Of a DNA stretch of 32,000 nucleotides, positions 13,039 through 21,766 are shown piece after piece. Position numbers and translations under genes: made by a program. The stretch is from Longivirga aurantiaca (GTDB taxonomy: Bacteria; Actinomycetota; Actinomycetes; S36-B12; CAIYMF01). The stretch is taken from positions 720,001 through 752,000 of the forward strand of contig NZ_JBHSTI010000008.1 of the NCBI RefSeq assembly GCF_042660085.1, read 5' to 3'. A model generated the notes under the pieces. The model had not been told where the DNA came from and did no database searches. It saw only the letters and a program-made list of their open reading frames with translations. Position 1 is the stretch's first letter, and each line of letters starts with the position of its first letter.

Positions 13039-13437
13039 TCAGTCCTCGGCGGCCTTGACGGCGACGACAGGGCAGTCGGCACCGAGCAGGATGCGCTGCG
13101 ACGTGCTGCCCATGACGAACTTGCCGACCGCCGAACGCCGACGCAGCCCGATGACGAGGAGCTCGGCCCCGGCCTTGTCCACCGCGTCCAGGATCGCCTG
13201 CGCGACGTCCCCCGTGGGCGGGACCTGCCAGATCTCGGCGTTCAGCCCGAGGGCGGCGAAGCGCTCGGCGACGGCGTCCAGGGTCTGCTCGGCCGAGAAC
13301 GGCGAGTCGATGTCGGCCTGCGGTCGGGTCACGTTGAGGACGACGGCGTCCGTGGCCCGCAGCTGGGTCTCCTGCACGGCGACGGTCAGGGCGGCGTCGC
13401 CCTCGGGGGTGCGGACGTAGGCGAGCAGGACGGTCAC
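13039..13437 (-). CDS. Universal stress protein (UspA family)
   Basis: Trimmed from track ORF 13039-13632 to an in-frame GTG at 13437 preceded by GGAGGA. 132 aa with the USP ATP-binding tail LLVIGLRRRSAVGKFVMGSTSQRILLGADCPVVAVK. Confidence 0.85.
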   Translation of the reverse strand: MTVLLAYVRTPEGDAALTVAVQETQLRATDAVVLNVTRPQADIDSPFSAEQTLDAVAERFAALGLNAEIWQVPPTGDVAQAILDAVDKAGAELLVIGLRRRSAVGKFVMGSTSQRILLGADCPVVAVKAAED

Positions 13438-13630
13438 GGTTCCTCCGAGGGGCCGTTCGGTGAGCCTGAAGCCTCGCAGACCCGGCCTCGTCCCGCGCAC
13501 GGAACCGAGCCGGTGCTCGTTCGGCCCTGGTCGGGACCCGCGAAACGGATGCCGCCTCCCGGGGCGACGTGCGGCGCGAACGGTGTCCGGCGGGGCAGAC
13601 TCGACCTGTCTCGGGTCCGGGAGGGGAGCC

Positions 13631-15508
13631 ATGGGCCGTCGGATCGTCGCCGCCGTGCTCGTTGCCGCCGTCGCAGCTCTCGTCGGTGCGGTCGGTGCTG
13701 CCCCGTCGTACGCCGCCGACGACGCAGCGACGCAGCTCGCGCAGAAGTACTCGCCCGTCGTGGTCGTGCGCGACCAGAGCGAGGCCTGCGCCGACGGCGA
13801 GCCCTACGTGCCGACCGCGGTCGAGACGGTGCTGGGCAACGGCGACGTCACCCTCATCGGTCCGGACGGGCAGTCGTTCGACGCGCCGACGGCGTCCGAC
13901 CTCGCGGGCAAGGGCGAGGGCTGGTACCTCGACCTGCCGGGCAACCCGCTCGACCCGGGCTGCGACTACGACCGCTGGTTCCGCGAGGCCGCTGCCGGCA
14001 CGCCGTCGACCGTCTACTCCCGAGTGGCCTCCGACCCGGCCGACAGGGGCAAGGTCGTCCTGCAGTACTGGATGTTCTGGGTCTTCAACGACTGGAACGA
14101 CAAGCACGAGGGCGACTGGGAGATGATCCAGCTCGTCTTCCCCGCGAGCACGGCCGAGGAGGCGCTGACGGTCGCGCCCGAGAGCACGGCCTTCGCCCAG
14201 CACGAGGGGTCCGAGGTGGCCCAGTGGGACGCCGACAAGGTGCACAAGGACGGCGACCACGTCGCGGTCTACCCCGGGCAGGGCTCGCACGCGGCGTACT
14301 ACACGCAGGCGCAGTGGTTCGGGAAGAGCGCCGCGGCCGGCTTCGGCTGCGACAGCACCATGGCCATGGGACGCGAGGTCCGTCCCGAGGTCGTGATGCT
14401 GCCCGAGACCCCGACCGGCGACTTCGCGTGGCTGACCTTCACCGGGCGCTGGGGTCAGAAGGCGCCGTCGTTCAACAACGGCCCGACCGGCCCGAGCAGC
14501 AAGACGCAGTGGGCCGAACCCGTGCAGTGGCAGCTCGAGCAGGGGCGGCCTGACGCCGTGCCGCTCCCGACCATCGGCGGACCCTCAGTCACGGGCTTCT
14601 GCGAGCTCACCCAGGCGGTCTCGCTGCTGTTCGTCGACCTGCTGAACTCACCCGGGATCGTGCTCGGCGTCATCATCGGGGCGCTGATGCTGCTCGCGTT
14701 CGTCGCCGCGCGCACCGACTTCTTCAACGACGACGACCCCACCATCGACCGGCGCCGCAAGGCGGGCCAGATCGCGGTGGCCTCGCTCGACCTGATGCGC
14801 AAGAAGACCGGTGCCTTCTGGGTGCCAGGACTCATCGTGATGGGCTCGGTCGCCTTCAACCTGCTCGTCGCGCGGATCCTCGTGCGCGCGACACCGGGCG
14901 ACACCCTCACCGACGTCAACGGTCTTAGCGAGCAGGTCACCGGCGCCGTGCTCACGATCCTGGTGTCGCTGCTCCTGCTGCCCGTGGTGGCGTTCGCGAT
15001 GGCCACCACGGTCGAGATCGTCGACGCGATCGCCCGGGGCCGGGAGATCTCCGGTCCGGTGGCGTTCCACCGTGTGCTGGTGCACCCCGGCGGCTGGGTC
15101 GTCGCGATCATCGCGTACGTCGTCGTCACGCTCATGGCGTCGACCTGGTGGCTGCTGCCGATCGCGCTGTACCTGCTGGCCCGCTGGTCGGTCGCGCTGC
15201 CCGCGACCGAGCTCGAGGACGAGGGCGTGCGGGCCGGGCTGCGGCGCAGCTCGCAGATCACGAAGGGCCACCGCCTGCGCGCGGCACTGCTCGGAGGCTT
15301 CCTCGTCTGGCTCGCTTTCTCGCTGCCCGCGAGCATCGGCGCGATCGTCCTGCTCGTCACGGGCTGGCCGTTCTGGACCACCAACCTCATCGCGCTGGTG
15401 ATCGCCGCCGTCCTGGTGCCCGTCGCCACGATCGGTCTCACGCTGCTCTACTACGACTTGCGCAGCAGGCACGACGTGCCCGACCCGGTGCCGTCAGCCG
15501 CCGGGTGA
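13631..15508 (+). CDS. Secreted Vps62/DUF946-like domain fused to a polytopic membrane domain (function unknown)
   Basis: Trimmed from track ORF 13460 to the ATG at 13631 (GGGAGGGGAG upstream). Signal peptide MGRRIVAAVLVAAVAALVGAVGAAPSYA. Ectodomain motifs: YSPVVVVRD, VYSRV, VLQYWMFWVFNDWNDKHEGDWEMIQLVF (HEGDWE at 14105-14122), AQHEGS, HVAVYPGQGSHAAYY. About 6 TM helices follow from around aa 330, ending LLYYDLRSR. Confidence 0.7.
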   Translation: MGRRIVAAVLVAAVAALVGAVGAAPSYAADDAATQLAQKYSPVVVVRDQSEACADGEPYVPTAVETVLGNGDVTLIGPDGQSFDAPTASDLAGKGEGWYLDLPGNPLDPGCDYDRWFREAAAGTPSTVYSRVASDPADRGKVVLQYWMFWVFNDWNDKHEGDWEMIQLVFPASTAEEALTVAPESTAFAQHEGSEVAQWDADKVHKDGDHVAVYPGQGSHAAYYTQAQWFGKSAAAGFGCDSTMAMGREVRPEVVMLPETPTGDFAWLTFTGRWGQKAPSFNNGPTGPSSKTQWAEPVQWQLEQGRPDAVPLPTIGGPSVTGFCELTQAVSLLFVDLLNSPGIVLGVIIGALMLLAFVAARTDFFNDDDPTIDRRRKAGQIAVASLDLMRKKTGAFWVPGLIVMGSVAFNLLVARILVRATPGDTLTDVNGLSEQVTGAVLTILVSLLLLPVVAFAMATTVEIVDAIARGREISGPVAFHRVLVHPGGWVVAIIAYVVVTLMASTWWLLPIALYLLARWSVALPATELEDEGVRAGLRRSSQITKGHRLRAALLGGFLVWLAFSLPASIGAIVLLVTGWPFWTTNLIALVIAAVLVPVATIGLTLLYYDLRSRHDVPDPVPSAAG

Positions 15509-16117
15509 GGGCAGCAGGCCGCGCTCGAGCGCGTGGGTGACGGCCGCGGTGCGGTCGGAGACGCCGAGCTTGTCGAACACGTGCAGCAGGTGCGACTTCA
15601 CCGTCGCCTCGCCGATGAACAGGTCGCGGGCGATGTCCGGGTTCGACTTCCCCTGCGCCACGAGCGCGAGCACCTCGAGCTCGCGGGGCGTGAGCTGGTC
15701 GCCACCGCGCACCTGCCGCATGAGCTTGGCCGCAAGCGGTGCCGCCAGCACCGTCTCGCCCCGCGCCGCAGCCCGCACTGCGGCGAGCAGCTGGTCGCGC
15801 GGCGTGTCCTTGAGCAGGTAGCCGGTCGCGCCGGCCTCGACCGCGCGCAGGATGTCGCCGTCGGTGTCGTACGTCGTGAGCACCAGCACGCGCGCGGTTC
15901 CTGCCGCCGTGATCTCCGCGGTCGCGGACGCGCCGTCGAGCACGGGCATCCGCAGGTCCATGAGCACGACGTCCGGCGTCAGCGACGCCGCGAGCGTCAC
16001 GCCCTCGCGGCCGTTGCCGGCCTCACCGACCACCTCGAGGTCGGCCTCGCTGCCGAGCAGGCCCACGAGCCCGCTGCGCACCACCGGGTGGTCGTCGACG
16101 ACCAGCACGCGGATCAC
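15494..16117 (-). CDS. LuxR/NarL-family response regulator
   Basis: 207 aa. Receiver domain (IRVLVVDDHPVV, phospho-acceptor in VVLMDLRMP) plus a LuxR HTH (LTPRELEVLALVAQGKSNPDIARDLFIGEATVKSHLLHVFDKLGV). The GTG start overlaps the kinase stop (GTGA). Confidence 0.95.
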   Translation of the reverse strand: MIRVLVVDDHPVVRSGLVGLLGSEADLEVVGEAGNGREGVTLAASLTPDVVLMDLRMPVLDGASATAEITAAGTARVLVLTTYDTDGDILRAVEAGATGYLLKDTPRDQLLAAVRAAARGETVLAAPLAAKLMRQVRGGDQLTPRELEVLALVAQGKSNPDIARDLFIGEATVKSHLLHVFDKLGVSDRTAAVTHALERGLLPSPGG

Positions 16118-17277
16118 GGCACCCTCACCCTCACACGCGTCCCCGCCCCGGGGGTCGACTCGACCGACGACAGGCCGCCGACGGACTCGACCCGCTGAGC
16201 CAGCCCGTCGAGACCGTAGCCGGGTCGCGGGGCGGCGGGGTCGAAGCCGGCGCCGTCGTCGCTCACCGACACGGTCGCGCCGTCCTCGTCGTAATGGAGC
16301 ACCACGTCCACGCGGGTCGCACCCGCGTGCTTGCGCACGTTCGCGAGCGCCTCCTGGGTGGCGCGCAGGGCGACGACGTCCGACGTCGACGACAGCGGTC
16401 CGGCCTCGCCCTCGACGCAGAACGTCGATGCGATGCCCGTGTCGCGGCTGAAGCGGTCGACGAGCCGGGCGAGCGCGTCGGGCAGCCTGTCGCCCTCGAG
16501 AGCCGGGGGCGTCATGGCGCCGACCAGTGCGCGCGCCTCGGCTAGGCCCTCGCGGGCGGTCTCCTGGATCTGGCGCAGCCGTGCGACGGCCTCGGCGCTC
16601 TGCCCGTCTGCCGCTGCGGTCTCTCCCGCCTGCGACAGCATCACGATGCTCGTGAAGCCTTGGGCGAGCGTGTCGTGGATGTCGCGCGCGAGGCGCTCGC
16701 GCTCGGCCACGGCGCCGGCCTCGCGCTCGAGGGCCGCCAGCTCTCCCTGGGTGGTCTGCAGCTGCTCGAGCAGCTGCTTGCGTGCCCGGCTCTCGCGCAC
16801 GATCCCGTCGATGAACAGACCGATCACAAGTGCGAACACGATGTTGCCGACGGCCATGAAACCGTTGAGCAGCAACGCATCACGGCTGAAGCCGTCGCGA
16901 GCAGCAAGGGTGAGCGTGAAGGTCAGCGTGATCGCGACGGTCGCGATGATCGCTCCCCGTCGCTCGAGGAGCACGAAGCCGAGCGGGTAGATCGCGAACA
17001 GGATCACGAGCGACGCCGGGTCGCGGTAGGTCATGAGCGCGATGACCACGCACGCCACCACGAGGAACGGCACCGACCTGCGCAGCGAGGCGCACCCCTG
17101 GCGGGGGAACCACACGAGCAGGTACGCCGCGACCAGCACCATCAGCAGCGGGACGATGGAGGCCGCGCTGCCGTTGAGCGCGGTCAGCACCGCCGTCGCG
17201 ACGACCATGGCGCCGAAGAGCACGTGCCAGCCGACGAGAGTCCGCTCGGCGAAGTCGCGCTCCTCGGTGCCGGTCAT
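16114..17277 (-). CDS. Sensor histidine kinase (HisKA_3 / DesK-LiaS type)
   Basis: Trimmed from track ORF 16114-17664 to the ATG at 17277 (MTGTEERDF...). Five to six N-terminal TM helices. H-box ERERLARDIHDTLAQGF. ATPase domain with VSDDGAGFD and GYGLDGLAQRV. Confidence 0.9.
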   Translation of the reverse strand: MTGTEERDFAERTLVGWHVLFGAMVVATAVLTALNGSAASIVPLLMVLVAAYLLVWFPRQGCASLRRSVPFLVVACVVIALMTYRDPASLVILFAIYPLGFVLLERRGAIIATVAITLTFTLTLAARDGFSRDALLLNGFMAVGNIVFALVIGLFIDGIVRESRARKQLLEQLQTTQGELAALEREAGAVAERERLARDIHDTLAQGFTSIVMLSQAGETAAADGQSAEAVARLRQIQETAREGLAEARALVGAMTPPALEGDRLPDALARLVDRFSRDTGIASTFCVEGEAGPLSSTSDVVALRATQEALANVRKHAGATRVDVVLHYDEDGATVSVSDDGAGFDPAAPRPGYGLDGLAQRVESVGGLSSVESTPGAGTRVRVRVP

Positions 17278-17282
17278 GTCGT

Positions 17283-18125
17283 TCAGTTCTCGCCGCGCTT
17301 GTTCCAGCGGAAGAACACCAGGCTGAGCACGAGCCCGCCGATGGTCCAGGCGATCAGCACGGCGGCGCACTTGGCGAGCTCGAACGAGCCGGTCACCTCG
17401 AGCGCCGCGGCGGACTCCGGCAGGAACACGCTGCGCATCGCCTGGGTGAGCCACTTCAGCGGGAACAGCGACGCGAACTGCTGCATCCACGTCGGAAGGT
17501 TCTGGAAGAGGAAGAACACGCCGGACGTGAACTGCAGCACCAGCACGATCGGGCTGACGACCGCCGAGGCACCCTTGGCGTTCTTGGGCACCACGCTGAA
17601 CGCGATGCCGAGCAAGGTGCACGACACCAGGCCGAGCACCGACGCCCAGGCGAAGGTGAACCACTGGCTGCCGCTCGGAAGCTCGATGCCGTAGAAGGCG
17701 ACGCCGATGAGGATCAGCAGCGTCACCTGGGCGGCGTACGCCACGAAGACGAGGCCGATCTTGCCGATGAAGTAGGAGACCTTCGGCATGGGCGTGCCCT
17801 GGATGCGCTTGAGCGTGCCGTCGTCGCGCTCCATCGGGATGGCGATCGCGAGGTTCTGGAAGCTCGTGTAGAGCACGCCCGAGGCGATCATGCCCGCGAC
17901 GAAGTACTGCGCGAACGTGATGCCGGTGGGTCCGAGCGTCTGGCCGCCGAAGACCGAGCCGAAGATGATCATCAGCAGCATCGGCAGGGCGAAGTTCCAG
18001 ACCGCGGAGTTCCTGTCGCGGAAGAACGACTTGAGCTCGATCGCGACGCGGCGGCGGCCGAGGCTGAAGGCCCCGGGGGGCGCGAGCGGCGCGGCCGGTG
18101 CGGGGTGGGCCGTGGTCGTCGTCAT
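17283..18125 (-). CDS. ABC-2 type transporter permease
   Basis: Trimmed to the ATG at 18125, which overlaps the ATPase stop (ATGA). 280 aa with about 6 TM helices, typical of ABC-2/DrrB-like permeases (FFRDRNSAVWNFALPMLLMIIF). Confidence 0.88.
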   Translation of the reverse strand: MTTTTAHPAPAAPLAPPGAFSLGRRRVAIELKSFFRDRNSAVWNFALPMLLMIIFGSVFGGQTLGPTGITFAQYFVAGMIASGVLYTSFQNLAIAIPMERDDGTLKRIQGTPMPKVSYFIGKIGLVFVAYAAQVTLLILIGVAFYGIELPSGSQWFTFAWASVLGLVSCTLLGIAFSVVPKNAKGASAVVSPIVLVLQFTSGVFFLFQNLPTWMQQFASLFPLKWLTQAMRSVFLPESAAALEVTGSFELAKCAAVLIAWTIGGLVLSLVFFRWNKRGEN

Positions 18126-19036
18126 GATGCGTCCTCGTCCTCGTTGTCGTGACCGATGAGCGAGAGGTACACGTCCTCGAGGCTCGGCCGGTGGATGGCG
18201 AGCCCCGGCACCTCGCCGCCGAAGCGGGCGGCGAGCTCGCCGACGACCCGGGTGGGCTCGGTGGTCTGCTCGGTGCGGACCTCCTCGCCCTCCTTCCAGG
18301 TCAGCGTGGCGTGCGACTCGTCGCGGCCGCCGAGGCGCGACGGGATGTCGCAGGCGATGACGCGCCCGCGGGCGATGACCGCCACGCGGTCGGCCAGCAC
18401 CTCGGCCTCGTCGAGGTAGTGCGTCGTCAGCAGGATGGTCGTGCCCTCGCCCTTGAGGTCCGCGATGAGGCCCCAGAACTCCCGGCGCGCCTCGGGGTCG
18501 AAGCCGGTCGTCGGCTCGTCGAGGAACAGCAGCTCCGGCCGCCCGATGATGCCGAGAGCGACGTCGAGCCGGCGGCGCTGGCCGCCGGACAGGTTGCTGC
18601 CGCGCGTCGTGCGCTTCTCGGTGAGGCCGACCCAGTCGATGACCTCGTCGACGTCGCGCGGTCTCGGGTAGTAGCCGGCGAAGTGCTTCACCGACTCCTC
18701 GACCGTGAGGTCGCCGAGGTCCGCAGCGGTCTGCAGGACGATGCCGAGGCGGCTGCGCCACAGCGGGTCGGTGTGCGACGGGTCCTGACCGAGCACGGAC
18801 ACCTCGCCGGCGTCACGGTGGCGGTAGCCCTCGAGGATCTCGGTCGTGGTCGTCTTGCCGGCGCCGTTGGGGCCGAGCAGGGCGAGCACCTCGCCGCGCA
18901 CGACGTCGAGATCGACGCCGTCGCAGGCCCTGGTCTCGCCGTACGACTTGGCCAGGCCGCGCACGCGCACGGCGACGTCGGCGTCGTCGGGCACGGGGAC
19001 GACCAGGGCGTCACCGGATGTCGTGGTCGTTGTCAT
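18122..19036 (-). CDS. ABC transporter ATP-binding protein (DrrA-like)
   Basis: Trimmed to the ATG at 19036; an alternative ATG at 19063 lacks an RBS. Walker A GPNGAGKTTT, signature LSGGQRRRLDVA, Walker B LLFLDEPTTGFD. Confidence 0.93.
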   Translation of the reverse strand: MTTTTTSGDALVVPVPDDADVAVRVRGLAKSYGETRACDGVDLDVVRGEVLALLGPNGAGKTTTTEILEGYRHRDAGEVSVLGQDPSHTDPLWRSRLGIVLQTAADLGDLTVEESVKHFAGYYPRPRDVDEVIDWVGLTEKRTTRGSNLSGGQRRRLDVALGIIGRPELLFLDEPTTGFDPEARREFWGLIADLKGEGTTILLTTHYLDEAEVLADRVAVIARGRVIACDIPSRLGGRDESHATLTWKEGEEVRTEQTTEPTRVVGELAARFGGEVPGLAIHRPSLEDVYLSLIGHDNEDEDAS

Positions 19037-19091
19037 GGGTCCACCATCCCGCAGCACAGGCATCCGACGCAGCGAACCAGCGGTTGCTTCT

Positions 19092-19115
19092 CGCCTCCAC
19101 CGGTCGGTGGAGGCG
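19092..19115 (-). terminator. Perfect 10-bp stem / 4-nt loop hairpin about 20 nt downstream of the nucS stop
   Basis: CGCCTCCACC (19092-19101), GGTC loop, GGTGGAGGCG (19106-19115). No U-tract. It separates nucS from the ABC/TCS operon on the same strand. Confidence 0.6.
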
Positions 19116-19134
19116 GCAGTCCACCCGCGAGCGG

Positions 19135-19818
19135 TCAGAAGAGCCGGGAGTCGACGTCGTCGAGCCCTCGGAGGGCGTCGTAGTCGAGCACCACGCACTC
19201 GATGCCGCGGTCGGCCGCGAGCACCTTGGCCTGGGGCTTGATCTCCTGCGCGGCGAAGATCCCGCGCACGGGGGCCAGCAGCGGGTCGCGGTTGAGGAGC
19301 TCGAGGTAGCGGGTCAGCTGCTCCACGCCGTCGATCTCGCCCCGGCGCTTGATCTCGATCGCGACGGCGAGGCCGTCGGCGTCGCGGGCCATGATGTCGA
19401 CCGGCCCGATGGCGGTCGGGAACTCGCGGCGCACGAGCCGCCAGCCCTCGCCGAGGGTCTCGATCTGGGCGGCCAGCAGCGCCTGGAGGTGTGCCTCGAC
19501 GCCGTCCTTCACCAGGCCCGGGTCCTGGCCCAGCACGTGCTCGGTGTCGTGGTGCACTGCCTCGAGCGTGATCACGAGCGTCTCGCCCGCCTTGTTCGTG
19601 ACGGTCCACGTGCCGGTGCCGTCGTCAGCCTCGTCCACGGCCAGGGAGCAGGGCGGGCTCATCCAGTTCAGCGGCTTGTACGACCCGCCGTCGGAGTGCA
19701 CGAGCACGGAGCCGTCGGCCTTCACCAGGAGCAGCCTCATGGCGCTCGGGAGGTGGGCGGTGAGACGGCCCGCATAGTCGACGGAGCACGTGGCGATGAC
19801 GAGGCGCACCCGCTGCAC
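19135..19818 (-). CDS. nucS: Endonuclease NucS (EndoMS), mismatch-specific RecB-like nuclease
   Basis: 227 aa. N-terminus [54 protein letters not shown]. Nuclease motifs GPVDIMARD and [19 protein letters not shown] (D...ExK). C-terminal ...DSRLF. GTG start at 19818; an alternative in-frame GTG lies at 19809. Confidence 0.93.
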   Translation of the reverse strand: MQRVRLVIATCSVDYAGRLTAHLPSAMRLLLVKADGSVLVHSDGGSYKPLNWMSPPCSLAVDEADDGTGTWTVTNKAGETLVITLEAVHHDTEHVLGQDPGLVKDGVEAHLQALLAAQIETLGEGWRLVRREFPTAIGPVDIMARDADGLAVAIEIKRRGEIDGVEQLTRYLELLNRDPLLAPVRGIFAAQEIKPQAKVLAADRGIECVVLDYDALRGLDDVDSRLF

Positions 19819-19973
19819 GCTAGTGCCTCGACCCGGTCGTCCGGACCCCCGGGTGGGCCGGACCCGGGCGCTGCTTCCGGTACATCCGGTGCCACGATGG
19901 TCCCAGACCTCGCCGCCGCGGTCGTCCGCCCCGGCGTGCCGTGCGGGGCAGCACAGACTGAGGAGACAAGTCC

Positions 19974-21752
19974 ATGTCGCGTGACATCCGCCGGATCGGC
20001 GTCGTCGGCCTCGGCACCATGGGTGCAGGCATCGCGGAGGTGTTCGCCGCGAACGGTTACGACGTCGTCGGCGTCGACGCCAACGACGCCGCGGTCGAGC
20101 GCGGCCGCGGCCACGTCGAGGGCTCCACCTCGCGCGCCGTGAAGCGCGGGAAGCTTACCGAGGACGAGCGCGCCGCCACCCTCGGCCGGATCCGCTACGC
20201 CACCGACCTCGCCGAGCTGGCCGACCGCGACCTCGTGGTCGAGGCCGTCAGCGAGAGCCTCGATCTCAAGCGCGGGATCTTCGAGCAGCTCGACGCCATC
20301 GTCGGCCCCGACGCCATCCTCGCGACCAACACCTCCTCCCTCTCGGTCACCGACATCGCCGTCGCGACGGGCCGCCCTGCGCAGGTCGTGGGCATGCACT
20401 TCTTCAACCCGGCGCCGGTCCTGAAGTTCGTCGAGGTCGTGCGCACGGTCGTCTCCGACCCGGGTGTGGTGCAGGACGTCGAGGCGCTCGCCTCCTCGCT
20501 CGGCAAGCTGCCCGTCGTCGTCGACGACAAGGCGGGCTTCATCGCCAACGCGCTGCTGTTCGGCTACCTCAACCACGCGGTGTCGATGTTCGAGACGAAG
20601 TACGCCACCCGCGAGGACATCGACGCGTCGATGAAGCTCGGCTGCGGCCTCCCGATGGGTCCGCTCGCTCTGCTCGACCTCATCGGCCTCGACACGGCGT
20701 ACGAGATCCTCGACACGATGTACAAGCAGGGGCGCGACCGCCTGCACGCACCGAGCCCGGCGCTCAAGCAGATGGTCACCGCGGGCCTGCGCGGCCGCAA
20801 GACCGGTCGCGGCTTCTACACGTATGAGGCGCCCAACTCGCCCGTCGTCATCGCCGACGCGCTCACCCCGGTCGACGGCGGTGCGTCCGACACCCCGCTG
20901 CGCCCGGTCGACAAGGTCGGCGTCGTCGGCTCCGGCACCATGGCGACCGGCATCATCGAGGTCTTCGCGAAGGCCGGAATCCCCGTGCTCTACGTCGCCC
21001 GCGGCGACGACAAGGTCGCGCGCGTGCGCACCAACCTCGAGCGCTCGCTCGACAAGGGCGTCGCCCGCGGCAAGCTCACGCAGGAGGCGCGCGACGCCGC
21101 GCTCGCGATCGTGTCCGGCACGACGGAGCTCGACGACCTCGCCGACGTCGACCTCGTGGTCGAGGCCGTGGTCGAGGACCTCGCAGTCAAGACGGTGCTC
21201 TTCGGGGCGCTCGACGAGATCTGCAAGCCGGGCGCGATCCTCGCGACCACGACGTCGAGCCTCTCGGTCGTCGACCTCGCCGCGGTCACGAAGTACCCGC
21301 AGGACGTGGTGGGCCTGCACTTCTTCAACCCCGCGCCGATCATGAAGCTCGTCGAGGTCGTCTCGACGGTCGCCACCGCGGCCGACGTCGTGGCCACGTC
21401 CGTCGACCTCTGCCGGCGCATCGGCAAGCACCCGGTGACCTGCGGCGACCGTGCCGGCTTCATCGTCAACGCGCTGCTGTTCCCCTACCTCAACGACGCC
21501 GTGCGGATGCTCGAGGCCAACTACGCCACGGCCGACGACATCGACACCGCCATGAAGACCGGATGCGGCTACCCCATGGGCCCGTTCGAGCTGCTCGACG
21601 TCGTGGGCCTCGACGTGTCGCTGGCGATCCAGCGCACGCTGTACCTCGAGTTCCGCGAGCCGGGCTTCGCGCCGGCCCCGCGGCTCGAGCACCTCGTGAC
21701 GGCCGGCTACCTCGGCCGCAAGACCGGCCGCGGCTTCCGCACCTACGACTGA
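19974..21752 (+). CDS. Tandem (duplicated) 3-hydroxyacyl-CoA dehydrogenase, two complete HAD modules in one 592-aa chain
   Basis: Module 1 has [44 protein letters not shown] and [11 protein letters not shown]. Module 2 has [44 protein letters not shown] and [20 protein letters not shown] upstream of the ATG. Confidence 0.9.
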   Translation: MSRDIRRIGVVGLGTMGAGIAEVFAANGYDVVGVDANDAAVERGRGHVEGSTSRAVKRGKLTEDERAATLGRIRYATDLAELADRDLVVEAVSESLDLKRGIFEQLDAIVGPDAILATNTSSLSVTDIAVATGRPAQVVGMHFFNPAPVLKFVEVVRTVVSDPGVVQDVEALASSLGKLPVVVDDKAGFIANALLFGYLNHAVSMFETKYATREDIDASMKLGCGLPMGPLALLDLIGLDTAYEILDTMYKQGRDRLHAPSPALKQMVTAGLRGRKTGRGFYTYEAPNSPVVIADALTPVDGGASDTPLRPVDKVGVVGSGTMATGIIEVFAKAGIPVLYVARGDDKVARVRTNLERSLDKGVARGKLTQEARDAALAIVSGTTELDDLADVDLVVEAVVEDLAVKTVLFGALDEICKPGAILATTTSSLSVVDLAAVTKYPQDVVGLHFFNPAPIMKLVEVVSTVATAADVVATSVDLCRRIGKHPVTCGDRAGFIVNALLFPYLNDAVRMLEANYATADDIDTAMKTGCGYPMGPFELLDVVGLDVSLAIQRTLYLEFREPGFAPAPRLEHLVTAGYLGRKTGRGFRTYD

Positions 21753-21766
21753 CCTACGATCGACGG

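Noticed and set aside
13460-13630. 5' extensions of track ORFs (13460, 17664, 18761, 19609, 21563, 21913, 26434, 27617, 28084, 29582 starts)
   Set aside because: The extended N-termini are Arg/Pro-rich junk that overlaps upstream genes or intergenic DNA. Internal ATG/GTG codons with Shine-Dalgarno-like sequences, stop-start overlaps, or family-typical N-termini give much better models.
19834-19928. A 10-bp direct repeat CGGTCGTCCG (19834-19843 and 19919-19928) and a GCCCCG...CGGGGC hairpin in the nucS/HAD divergent region
   Set aside because: These are short, GC-rich and without helical phasing or flanking conservation that I can assess. They are plausibly chance in 155 bp of DNA above 70% GC.
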